Shown piece after piece: positions 8,911-17,631 of a stretch of 36,564 nt of DNA. The notes beneath the pieces are model-generated. The model saw only the letters and a program-made list of their open reading frames with translations, was not told the origin of the DNA and did not search any database. Origin of the DNA: a virus (Duplodnaviria > Caudoviricetes); IMG/VR virus record IMGVR_UViG_3300045526_000031, positions 1-36,564 of that record, one strand, 5' to 3'. Every line of letters begins with the position of its first letter. Within the stretch, counting starts at the first letter, position 1. Made by a program: the position numbers and the translations under genes.

Positions 8911-10538
8911 TGAAACAGAATGCTGCCGAACGGTATGCAAAACTTTCAGCCGACCGGCAGATCTTTCTGGATACTGCCTGGACTTGTGCTGAACTCAGCA
9001 TTCCCCACCTTCTACCCCGGAACGGAACAGCAAACGGTCAACGTTTGATTACACCGTGGCAGACCATGGGGGCCAAAGGCGTCAACGTCATGGCTTCTAA
9101 GCTGCTGTTGTCCCTGTTCCCGGTCAACACTTCCTTCTTCAAACTCCAGATCAACGACGGTGAGTTCGTTGCCAATCCGGAGTTGAATGCTCAGATCAAG
9201 TCTGAAATTGATCTCAGCCTCAGCCGCACTGAGCGTATCATCACTCAGTCGATTGCTGAATCTCTTGATCGTGTTGCCATTCTCCAAGCACTGAAGCATC
9301 TTGTCTGCACAGGCAACGTGCTGATGTACCTTGGCAAGAAAGGCATCAAGGTCTATCCTCTGGATCGCTATGCGGTGGTCCGTGACGGTGAAGGTACAGC
9401 TACGGAGATCATCTGCGTTGAAGCAGTGAACCGTCAGTTCCTTCCCAAAGAGTTCCATGTGAAGCCTCCAGAAGCAGGCAATCACACTGGACAGGAAGGC
9501 CCCAGTCCCTCTACTGACGTGACCGTCAATGAGGACGAGGTGGCCGTGTACACCCACGCTAAACTGATCAACGGCTCCTGGGTCTGGCGTCAGGAAGCGG
9601 AGGGTAAGCTCATCCCCAACACCGAGGGTACCTCCACCCGTGACAACTGCCCCTGGCTGCCCCTGCGCTTCAACGTGGTGGATGGCGAGGACTACGGCCG
9701 TGGTCGCATCGAGGAGTACCTGGGTGACCTGAAGTCCCTGGAGGGGCTGATGCAGGCCATGGTGGAGGGTAGTGCCGCCGCGGCCAAGGTGGTCTTCCTG
9801 GTGTCCCCTGCGGCCACTGTGAAGCCGTCTGACCTGGCTCGTGCCCGCAACGGTGCGATGATCCAGGGCCGTGCGGAAGACGTTGCTGTTGTCCAGGTCG
9901 CTAAGCAGGCCGACTTCAGCACCGCCTACCAAATGATCACCCAGCTGACCCAGCGCCTGTCTGAGGCCTTCCTGGTGCTGTCTGTGCGTCAATCTGAGCG
10001 TACGACCGCCGAGGAGATCCGGGCCACCCAGCAGGAGCTGAACGAGCAGCTCGGTGGTATCTACTCCGTGCTGACTGCTGAGCTGGTTCAACCCTACCTG
10101 CGTCGTAAGCTCTACACCCTGGAGCGTGCTAAGCAGATTCCTAAGCTGCCCAAGGGCGTGGTGTTCCCCACCATCGTAGCAGGTATCGAGGGGGTTGGCC
10201 GCGGCCAGGATCGTGAGGCGCTGTTGCGTTTCACCCAGACTGCGATGCAGCTGCTCGGTGCTGAAGCCATGAAGTATATCAACCCTGAAGAGTTCATTAA
10301 GCGACTTGCTGCCTCTGAAGGTATTGATGCACTGAATCTGGTTAAGACCAAGGAACAGCAACAGGCTGAAGCTCAAGCTGCTCAGCAGCAAATGCTCACA
10401 CAAGAACTGGTGGGTCAGGCCGGTCAACTGGCTTCTTCGCCAATGATGGATCCTGAGAAGAATCCTCAAGCGATGGCCATGTTGTCTGGCGGTGGCCAGG
10501 CACCAGCACAACCACCTCAACCGCAACCCAATGTCTGA
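8910..10538 (+). CDS. gp8: Head-to-tail connector (portal), T7 gp8-like
   Basis: GAKGVN.MASKL, GEDYGRG, ERTTAEEIR, LGGIYS, GRGQD motifs; 542 aa. Confidence 0.97.
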   Translation: MKQNAAERYAKLSADRQIFLDTAWTCAELSIPHLLPRNGTANGQRLITPWQTMGAKGVNVMASKLLLSLFPVNTSFFKLQINDGEFVANPELNAQIKSEIDLSLSRTERIITQSIAESLDRVAILQALKHLVCTGNVLMYLGKKGIKVYPLDRYAVVRDGEGTATEIICVEAVNRQFLPKEFHVKPPEAGNHTGQEGPSPSTDVTVNEDEVAVYTHAKLINGSWVWRQEAEGKLIPNTEGTSTRDNCPWLPLRFNVVDGEDYGRGRIEEYLGDLKSLEGLMQAMVEGSAAAAKVVFLVSPAATVKPSDLARARNGAMIQGRAEDVAVVQVAKQADFSTAYQMITQLTQRLSEAFLVLSVRQSERTTAEEIRATQQELNEQLGGIYSVLTAELVQPYLRRKLYTLERAKQIPKLPKGVVFPTIVAGIEGVGRGQDREALLRFTQTAMQLLGAEAMKYINPEEFIKRLAASEGIDALNLVKTKEQQQAEAQAAQQQMLTQELVGQAGQLASSPMMDPEKNPQAMAMLSGGGQAPAQPPQPQPNV

Positions 10539-10701
10539 AGACATCAAACAAGAAGAGGCCGTCGCTAAGGTGACGAGCCTGGAACCCAAGAAGACTGTTG
10601 GCAAACCTAAGGTGGCCCCTCGTACGGCTCAGCCTAAGATTGGTGCCCAAGAGAAAGTCAACAAACCTACCTTCGGTTCTGTCCGCGCTGTCTACCACTA
10701 A
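10531..10701 (+). CDS. Small hypothetical protein, 56 aa
   Basis: ATG 10531 overlaps the portal end; ORF fills the portal-scaffold gap. Confidence 0.6.
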   Translation: MSEDIKQEEAVAKVTSLEPKKTVGKPKVAPRTAQPKIGAQEKVNKPTFGSVRAVYH

Positions 10702-10707
10702 ACACCA

Positions 10708-11562
10708 ATGCCTGAAGTGATCTTTGACGGGACCGATGGTCTCGACACATCTGCCCAAGACGCTGCCCAAGCCAAAGCCCTCGAAGTTGGCGAAAAACTA
10801 ATCGCTGATCAAGAGGAAGCCCAACGTGATACCTACGACAGGGTAAGAAAAGCTGAAGAATCGGAGCTGCGTTTTGCTGGTAAGTTCAAGTCTGCCGAGG
10901 ATCTGGAGAAGGCTTACAAAGAGCTGGAACGGAAACTTGGTCAACAACAATCTGACGAGGAGGAAGAGTCTGCCCCTGAGTCTGCCCCTGAAGAGGCTGA
11001 ATCTGCCCCTGAAGAGGCTGACGACACTGGAAAGGAACCTTCTGTTACAGACCTGCTGAACAAGGCAAGCGAAGAGTTCTACTCGGATGAAGGCCTTTCA
11101 GAGGAAACCGTCAAGACACTCAAGCAGATGTCCAGCGAAGAGCTGGTCGATGCTTATATCGAGCTTCAGAAGAATGCGGCGGCCCCGGAGCCGATGCCAG
11201 AAGCTGACGCCATAGCACTCCTCGATGAGGTGGCCGGTGGTAAAGCCGCATACGCCCAGACACTTGAATGGGCAGCTGAGAACTTGAAGCCTGAGGAGAT
11301 TGCCGCTTACGACCATGTGGTCAACACTGGCAGCCCTGAGGCTATCCGCCTGGCCGTACAAGCACTCACCCTTCGAGCCAAATACGAGGGTGGGTTTGAG
11401 GGCCAACCGGTATCCGGTAAGGCTGTCAGAAACCAAGGCCCCGCGGGCTTCAAGTCTCAGGCTGAACTTGCTCGTGCGATTAGTGATCCTCGCTATCGCA
11501 ATGATCCAGCATATCGTCTGGAGATTCAAGATCGACTCGCCAATTCAGGCGATCTACTTTAA
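10708..11562 (+). CDS. gp9: Capsid assembly scaffolding protein, T7 gp9-like
   Basis: Acidic; AGKFKSAEDLEKAYKELE, WAAENL, C-terminal DPRYRNDPAYR. Confidence 0.94.
   Translation: MPEVIFDGTDGLDTSAQDAAQAKALEVGEKLIADQEEAQRDTYDRVRKAEESELRFAGKFKSAEDLEKAYKELERKLGQQQSDEEEESAPESAPEEAESAPEEADDTGKEPSVTDLLNKASEEFYSDEGLSEETVKTLKQMSSEELVDAYIELQKNAAAPEPMPEADAIALLDEVAGGKAAYAQTLEWAAENLKPEEIAAYDHVVNTGSPEAIRLAVQALTLRAKYEGGFEGQPVSGKAVRNQGPAGFKSQAELARAISDPRYRNDPAYRLEIQDRLANSGDLL
10969..11022 (+). repeat. In-frame tandem repeat in the scaffold gene (SAPE / SAPEEAE units)
   Basis: TCTGCCCCTGA x3; 21-bp unit TCTGCCCCTGAAGAGGCTGA(A/C) at 10981-11001 and 11002-11022. Confidence 0.85.
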
Positions 11563-11569
11563 TTGGATT

Positions 11570-11602
11570 GGGGGCACCTCAGAGTCGGACCCCCTTTTCT
11601 TT
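11570..11602 (+). terminator. Terminator-like hairpin after the scaffold gene
   Basis: GGGGG(11570-74)...CCCCC(11590-94) followed by TTTTCTTT; large 15-nt loop, so strength is uncertain. Confidence 0.45.
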
Positions 11603-11751
11603 GTGGTAACGGGCCACGTTAAATAAGCCGACCGGTCGGTAGGGCCCACTGCGGTGGATACCCCTAACAGACAACCCCCACAACTGAATACTTTTCGCGC
11701 AACAACTCCGAGATCTCGGGAACTGGTCAACTTTTTCCATTCCCAACAACA
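11603..11751 (+). promoter_or_regulatory. Structured 5' leader of the major capsid gene
   Basis: Hairpins at 11603-11617 and 11640-11666; perfect 12-bp palindromes at 11628-11639 and 11708-11719. Confidence 0.55.
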
Positions 11752-12756
11752 ATGGCTAATGCAAACCTGACCCAACTGGGTCAAGTCAACGGCGCGGGTG
11801 ATACTCGTGCCCTGTATCTGAAGCTCTTTACGGGCGAAGTCTACGAGGCTTTCCGTAACGCTACGATCTTCAAGGACAAGGTGATGAACCGGTCCCTGAA
11901 GGGTGGTAAGCAAGCCCAGTTCATTCACACCGGCAAGATGACCAGCGGGTTCCACACCCCTGGCACCCCGATCCTGGGCGGTGGTGAGCCGAACGTGGCT
12001 GAGACCACCATCACCATGGACAAGCTGCTGGTCTCCAGCGCCTTCCTGGACAACCTGGATGAAGTCCTGGCTCAATACGACCTGCGCGGCCCCATCAGCC
12101 GTCAGATCGGTCAGGCCCTGGCTGAGCACTACGACCGTCGTATCGCTCGTGTGCTGGACCTGGCTTCCGGTGCTAGTGCTGCTGTGACTGGCGAGCCTGG
12201 TGGCTTCCAGATCAACCTGGGTGTGGCCAACGAGTATAATGCTCAGGCCCTGGTGGATGGCTTCTTCGAGGCCGCTGCCCGCCTGGACGAGGTGGCTGCT
12301 CCTAAGGATGGTCGCTATGCTGCCCTGAGCCCCCGTCAATACTACTCTCTGCTCAGCAGCGTGGACACCAACCTGCTCAACCGTGAGTATGGTAACAGCC
12401 AGGGTTCGATGAACTCCGGCGAAGGTCTCTATGAGATCGCTGGTATCAAGATCCTGAAGTCCAACAACATTCCGTTCCTCGGTAAGTACGGTTCTGCGAC
12501 TGGTTCGTCCATCGAGAACACCGACACTGCCAACGAGCTGAATGACTACGGCGATACCGCTGACTTCACCAACAGCTGCGGTCTGATCTTCCACCGTGAA
12601 GCTGCTGGTGTGGTTGAGGCCATCGGTCCCAGCGTCCAGACCACTGGTGCTGACACCAAGGTGATCTACCAAGGTGATGTGATCGTGGGCCGTCTGGCCA
12701 TGGGCGTGGGCCCTGTCCGCGTGTCCGTTGCCGGTGCCTTCCGCAACCTCGCCTGA
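11752..12756 (+). CDS. gp10: Major capsid protein, T7 gp10-like
   Basis: ALYLKLFTGEV, GKQAQF, IGQALAEHYD, GIKILKSNN, YQGDVIVG motifs; strong codon bias. Confidence 0.97.
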   Translation: MANANLTQLGQVNGAGDTRALYLKLFTGEVYEAFRNATIFKDKVMNRSLKGGKQAQFIHTGKMTSGFHTPGTPILGGGEPNVAETTITMDKLLVSSAFLDNLDEVLAQYDLRGPISRQIGQALAEHYDRRIARVLDLASGASAAVTGEPGGFQINLGVANEYNAQALVDGFFEAAARLDEVAAPKDGRYAALSPRQYYSLLSSVDTNLLNREYGNSQGSMNSGEGLYEIAGIKILKSNNIPFLGKYGSATGSSIENTDTANELNDYGDTADFTNSCGLIFHREAAGVVEAIGPSVQTTGADTKVIYQGDVIVGRLAMGVGPVRVSVAGAFRNLA

Positions 12757-12770
12757 TCCGTGCTATGATT

Positions 12771-12800
12771 GGGGGGTCCCCTACGGGTCCCCCTTTTTTT
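12771..12800 (+). terminator. Intrinsic terminator after the capsid gene (T-phi equivalent)
   Basis: GGGGGTCCC-CTAC-GGGTCCCCC hairpin followed by T7. Confidence 0.85.
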
Positions 12801-13190
12801 ATGTCAATGTCATCCCGTTCCTGCTTAGAGTGCGGTCAGGTCTTGGCTGTATCCTGCTTTTCTCCAGGTCAACCAAGATGCAAAAACTGCAGAAATACTA
12901 AGGCTCGAAAAAAGTATTCGCCCGAACAAAGATCTGCGTTCAATCGCAAATCAAAGTATGGGTTGGATCCTGCTGGGTATGATAAACTGCTCAGCGCCCA
13001 GAACGGCTGCTGTGCCATCTGCGGAACTGATTCTCCGGGTGGAAAAGGTACCTGGCATGTAGACCACTGTCATACATCTGGAAAGGTTAGAGGTCTTCTG
13101 TGCCACCACTGTAACGTGGGGCTTGGTCACTTCTCCGACGACATATCCAGGCTTGAACAAGCTATTCGTTACTTACGACAACAACAATGA
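12801..13190 (+). CDS. Second endonuclease VII-type nuclease, probable homing endonuclease
   Basis: KYGL...QNGCCAICG...VDHCHTSGKVRGLLCHHCNVGLGHF. Start at ATG 12801 or 12807, after the terminator. Confidence 0.9.
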   Translation: MSMSSRSCLECGQVLAVSCFSPGQPRCKNCRNTKARKKYSPEQRSAFNRKSKYGLDPAGYDKLLSAQNGCCAICGTDSPGGKGTWHVDHCHTSGKVRGLLCHHCNVGLGHFSDDISRLEQAIRYLRQQQ

Positions 13191-13786
13191 CAACTTCACT
13201 GCAAGCTGTTAATCAGATGCTTACGGGCATCGGTCAGGCTCCTGTCGTCTCTCTTGATTCCTCGAACCCCGAAATCGCCAGTGCGCTGATCATCCTCGAT
13301 GCTGTGAGCACGGAGATCCAGGGCGAGGGATGGCACTTCAATCAAGAGACCAGCTATCCATTCCTGGCAGATAACAACGGGAACATCAGCATCCCTACCA
13401 ACATTCTGAGCCTAAGCGACAACAAGATTGATAACCGCCAACAATACCAGACGGTGATTCGAGATGGCAAGCTCTATGACAAGGTAAGCCACTCTTTTGA
13501 CTTTGGTGCTGGAACAAGCATCGAGTGTGATGTGGTGTGGAAGTTTGACTTTGAGGATCTTCCTCAGTGCTTCCAGGACTACATCATCGCTCGTGCCACC
13601 CGTCAGTTTGCTGGGCGATTCCTGGGTTCAACTGAGATGGTGCAGTTCACTTCTCAGGATGAAGTCATTCTGCGTGCAAACTGCATCAGCTATGATACCA
13701 ATACGTCTGGCGTGAACATCTTTGGCTATGACAATGGCCAGGTGGCTTACATGCCCTACGCCCCCTATCGAGCTATCCAACGATGA
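13187..13786 (+). CDS. gp11: Tail tubular protein A, T7 gp11-like
   Basis: LQAVNQMLTGIGQAPV, QGEGWHFN, FEDLP..FQDYI motifs. Confidence 0.95.
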   Translation: MTTSLQAVNQMLTGIGQAPVVSLDSSNPEIASALIILDAVSTEIQGEGWHFNQETSYPFLADNNGNISIPTNILSLSDNKIDNRQQYQTVIRDGKLYDKVSHSFDFGAGTSIECDVVWKFDFEDLPQCFQDYIIARATRQFAGRFLGSTEMVQFTSQDEVILRANCISYDTNTSGVNIFGYDNGQVAYMPYAPYRAIQR

Positions 13787-16470
13787 CAGTAGTATCTCAA
13801 AAGATCTCTGCGCTGATTGGAGGTGTATCGCAGCAGCCAGATTCCCTTAAGCTTCCATCGCAGCTTCGTGCGTGCGATGACTTCTACCCAGATCCGACGT
13901 TTGGTCTTGCCAAGCGTCCAGGGCTGAAGGCGATCAGGAAACTAGCCAACGCCGCTGCTTCTGGTACCTGGTTCCAGGTGCTACGTGATGATGAAGAGCG
14001 ATACATCTATCAGGTCAGCCGTACAGGTGGATTGAAGATCTGGGATGCAGACAGCGGCATCGAAAAGGCAGTCAGCACTCCTGATCCAGGGGCAGCAGCC
14101 TACGCAACACATGCCTCCGACGACGATCTTGAACTCTTCCAGATCAACGACTATGTGCTGCTGCTGAACCGTACGGTTACGGTTACTGAGTCTACCCTTC
14201 TCACTGGTTCTAGGACTCCATACGCTATTGTCACTGTCAACTCAGTTGGATATAACACTGAGTACAAGGTCGAGTTGAACGGAGTCGTATACACATACCA
14301 GACAACGAACGTATCCACCAACCGTCTGAGCATTGAAGACATCATGACTGGTCTGGTGACCACGATCAATGCCGGTGGTGTGTTCACGGCGACAGCTGTC
14401 GGTAACTACCTCTACGTCGTGAAGAACAATGGTGCGGCCTTCAGCGCCAAAGCACGGGGCGGTACAGCTGGCAGTGCCATTGATGTGGTGTATGATGTTG
14501 TCAGTAGCCCAGCCGAGCTGCCCCGGCAATTCATCCACAACGCCACCATTCGAGTGCTGGCCCCCGAAGGGGGTGATGACTACTGGGTGATCTTCCAGGT
14601 GGCAGATGGTTCCCTGTCTGGTGCTGGTGTGTGGGAGGAGACTATTGCTCCACAGATCAAATATACCTACAACATCTCTACGTTGCCTCATGCCATCATT
14701 CGTGAGGCAGATGGTACCTTCACCTTCCGCAGTCTGACCGAAGCGTATGCCAACGCCCAGGTGGAGTCTACTACCGTCAATGGTATTGCCAAGACGGTAT
14801 CCGTAACCACGAACAGCGGTGGATTCTATGCTGCTGGTGTTAGCTTCTGGACCGCAGGAGGCACTGGAAACAGCTTGCGTCTGCGGGTTACCAGCACAGA
14901 TCAGGATGGACGTGTCACAGGTGTTGAGGTAAGCAGAGGTGGCAGTGGTTATACCGCCAGCGATGTAGTCTACAATGAGTATGGTGATACCTTCACCATC
15001 AACAGCATTGCGTCTGCAACGGTATATGCTGACAGCCTGGGTAAGAAGTTCTATCGCACACGCCTGGTTGGTGATCTAGAATCAAACCCATACCCGACGT
15101 TTGTCAACAGAACCATCACGGGCATTAGCTTTTTCAAGAACAGGCTGGTATTCCTGTCTGGTGAAAATGTGATCTGCTCACAGGTGGGTGACTACTTCAA
15201 CTTCTTCCTGAGCACCGTCACAACCATTCTGGACAGTGATCCAATCGACCTTAGCTGTGGTTCACTGAAGCCCATCGACCTGCGCTACTGCTTGCTCACA
15301 AGCCGAGGCCTGGCGCTGTTTGCTGATAACGCTCAGTACATCCTGGAGACCCGCACAGACGCCTTCTCGGCAGCCTCAGCGGAGATCAACCAGATCGGTA
15401 GCTACGACATGAGCACAAAGGTGGCACCCGTTGACATGGGCCCAACCATTGCGTTCCTGGATCAAGGTGATCGATCCACAAACGTCTTCGAGGTGTTGAT
15501 TGGTACTGATGCCAACAGCAAACCCCAGACAGCAGAACTGACACGGACGGTTCCAAGCTATCTTCCCAGCTATGTCAGCTCTATGCGGTCGTCTACGGCT
15601 GCATCAACTCTTGCCATTCATAGCCTACGTGAGCCCAATTCCCTGTATCTCTTCCGTTTCTACAATGTAGGTACGGAGAGGCAGCAGGCCGCGTGGTTCC
15701 GCTGGATGTTCCCTGGTGAGATCAAGTCCTTCAACTTTGAGAATGATCTACTGAGAGTGGTTCTCATCCCCACCGGGCAATCCATTCCGGTGCTGATGTC
15801 CTTGAATCTAATCACAGAAACCACAGCAGCTCCGCTGTCGTTTGAAGGGACACCTATTGATGTTAGGCTGGATGGTTACACCTATAGTCCTACCATCATC
15901 TACGAGGGTGGCAGTGATACCACCAAGGTGTGTATGCCAGATGGGCTGGGTAATACAACTGATCTCGTGAATGTGATTCAAACTACGGGTGAGGATGTTG
16001 GTCTGGTCACAGAATCACTCCTCACCTATGATGCTGGTGCGCCTGCGGGGCAGAAGTATTATGTGGAGCTAGATGGTGACTTGTTGGCTGAATCCTTTGC
16101 GATCGGCTTTAAGTACACGTCTATGGCCCTCATGCCTGCCATCTACGTGGTCAGCAACGAGCAGAAGGATACCTTGAACCTTCCTACGGTTCAGCGACTC
16201 ATGCTGGACAGCTACAACTCTGGGCCGTTCCAGGTCCGTGTTCAGCCCAATGGTCGAGCAGAGTTCCTTCAACGCTTGCCACAGGTCTTTGCTGGGCAGT
16301 ATGATATTGGTGAACTTCCCATTATCCGTAATGCTCAGAACGTGGTGCCTGTGATGGCACGCGGCGATCAGGTAGAAATCACGATAGAATGTCCAGATCC
16401 GTTCCCAACTGCCATCACTGGTGTCACCTGGACGGGTCAGTACAACAACCGAGGCATCCGCCGAGTCTGA
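13783..16470 (+). CDS. gp12: Tail tubular protein B (nozzle), T7 gp12-like
   Basis: GGVSQQPD, GLAKRPG, RLVGD...NPYPTF, FFKNRL, DPID, QQAAWFRW motifs. Confidence 0.95.
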   Translation: MTVVSQKISALIGGVSQQPDSLKLPSQLRACDDFYPDPTFGLAKRPGLKAIRKLANAAASGTWFQVLRDDEERYIYQVSRTGGLKIWDADSGIEKAVSTPDPGAAAYATHASDDDLELFQINDYVLLLNRTVTVTESTLLTGSRTPYAIVTVNSVGYNTEYKVELNGVVYTYQTTNVSTNRLSIEDIMTGLVTTINAGGVFTATAVGNYLYVVKNNGAAFSAKARGGTAGSAIDVVYDVVSSPAELPRQFIHNATIRVLAPEGGDDYWVIFQVADGSLSGAGVWEETIAPQIKYTYNISTLPHAIIREADGTFTFRSLTEAYANAQVESTTVNGIAKTVSVTTNSGGFYAAGVSFWTAGGTGNSLRLRVTSTDQDGRVTGVEVSRGGSGYTASDVVYNEYGDTFTINSIASATVYADSLGKKFYRTRLVGDLESNPYPTFVNRTITGISFFKNRLVFLSGENVICSQVGDYFNFFLSTVTTILDSDPIDLSCGSLKPIDLRYCLLTSRGLALFADNAQYILETRTDAFSAASAEINQIGSYDMSTKVAPVDMGPTIAFLDQGDRSTNVFEVLIGTDANSKPQTAELTRTVPSYLPSYVSSMRSSTAASTLAIHSLREPNSLYLFRFYNVGTERQQAAWFRWMFPGEIKSFNFENDLLRVVLIPTGQSIPVLMSLNLITETTAAPLSFEGTPIDVRLDGYTYSPTIIYEGGSDTTKVCMPDGLGNTTDLVNVIQTTGEDVGLVTESLLTYDAGAPAGQKYYVELDGDLLAESFAIGFKYTSMALMPAIYVVSNEQKDTLNLPTVQRLMLDSYNSGPFQVRVQPNGRAEFLQRLPQVFAGQYDIGELPIIRNAQNVVPVMARGDQVEITIECPDPFPTAITGVTWTGQYNNRGIRRV

Positions 16471-16928
16471 TGTTCAAGCTGTTCCACAACCAAATCACCG
16501 ACAGTCAGCTCCAGGAGCTGGCAAACAACCTATCGGCAGACGACGTACGTGAGGTTATGGCTTTGGGATGGACTGATGTCCACGAAGCCCTACGCCAATC
16601 AGTACATTCGTCTGCCGCTTTTTCCTACATCGAAGCCCCCAATGGTAAAGCTGCTGGTGTTGCTGGTGTAACGCCTGACAGCGATCTCAGTGGGATTGTT
16701 TGGCTCTTAACTACAGACGAAGTTCAGAGTGCTCCAATCTCCTTCGTCAAGCAGGCCAAGTATTGGCTAAACACCTTTGACGGCCAATACTACCTACTTC
16801 ACAACATCGCTGATGCCAGGAACACCAACCACCTCAAGCTACTCAAACTTCTCGGGTTCAAACGTCTGGGTTACACCACGACTGGTCCCGAACACCGTAC
16901 CTTCGTAGAGTTCGCCAAACTCATCTGA
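16470..16928 (+). CDS. T7 gp13-like internal virion protein A (GNAT-like fold)
   Basis: TGATG coupling at 16468-16472; D.REV, VWLL, N.....N...LKLLKLLGF pattern; synteny. Confidence 0.8.
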   Translation: MFKLFHNQITDSQLQELANNLSADDVREVMALGWTDVHEALRQSVHSSAAFSYIEAPNGKAAGVAGVTPDSDLSGIVWLLTTDEVQSAPISFVKQAKYWLNTFDGQYYLLHNIADARNTNHLKLLKLLGFKRLGYTTTGPEHRTFVEFAKLI

Positions 16929-16930
16929 CT

Positions 16931-17629
16931 ATGTGTCTACCTGCCGCCGTTGTAGGTATCGTTACAGCTGTTACATCGGCTGTATCTACCATTGCTCAAT
17001 TCTCAGCACAGCAGGCAGCGGTACAACAAGCCAATGCTGCTGCAAGAGCACAGTATCAGTATCAGATGGCTGCCTACCAGCAGTCGGAACGGGCTTACAA
17101 GAGCCAGATGGATCTGAATGCTGCTGCCGCTAACCGTGCCTATGTTCAAGAACAACAAAAGCTAGACTTTGAATATCGCCAGGCAGCGTTGGAAGCAAGT
17201 GAGCTTATGGCTGCTTCAATGCGAGCCCAGGGTACATTGCTTGCTTCTGGTCGAACCGGCCAAAGCATCGGCATCCTGGCCAATGACGCTGATCGTGAGT
17301 ATTCACGAGATCTTGCTACTCTTGGTTTGAACCTAGCTTACGCTAACAACAACTACCTCACAACTGCTCAAGGCATTCAGCAGCAGTGGGAATCTGCCAA
17401 CAACCTGGCAGCAAGCCAACGACAACTGAAGCCATCAAAGCCCATCATGCAATCAGGCCCCAGTGTGCTTGGTTTGGTTGGTGGATTGGCTGGTTCCGTT
17501 ATGGGTGGGTTCTCGGCCTTCCAAGGCCTATCGGCACCAAACCCTGGAGGTGGTGGTGCTTCATTCCCATTCGCTGGTCACGCAACCCACAGTAGTGTAC
17601 CGATGATGCCCCTACCCCCAGTTCCGTAA
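16931..17629 (+). CDS. Internal virion protein B, T7 gp14-like
   Basis: MC start with hydrophobic N-terminus, Ala/Gln-rich helix, ASGRTGQS motif, Gly-rich hydrophobic C-terminus; synteny. Confidence 0.8.
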   Translation: MCLPAAVVGIVTAVTSAVSTIAQFSAQQAAVQQANAAARAQYQYQMAAYQQSERAYKSQMDLNAAAANRAYVQEQQKLDFEYRQAALEASELMAASMRAQGTLLASGRTGQSIGILANDADREYSRDLATLGLNLAYANNNYLTTAQGIQQQWESANNLAASQRQLKPSKPIMQSGPSVLGLVGGLAGSVMGGFSAFQGLSAPNPGGGGASFPFAGHATHSSVPMMPLPPVP

Positions 17630-17631
17630 CA

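Noticed and set aside
9012-10604. 530-aa minus-strand ORF over the portal gene
   Set aside because: Antisense shadow produced by the biased codon usage of the + strand gene; no recognisable motifs.
11554-12672. 372-aa minus-strand ORF over the capsid gene, and the other long antisense ORFs (e.g. 30184-31254, 6573-7346)
   Set aside because: Same shadow effect; they fully overlap well-supported + strand genes in a unidirectional genome.
12700-12800. T7 10A/10B-type capsid frameshift extension
   Set aside because: No slippery sequence seen before the stop, and a terminator follows directly.
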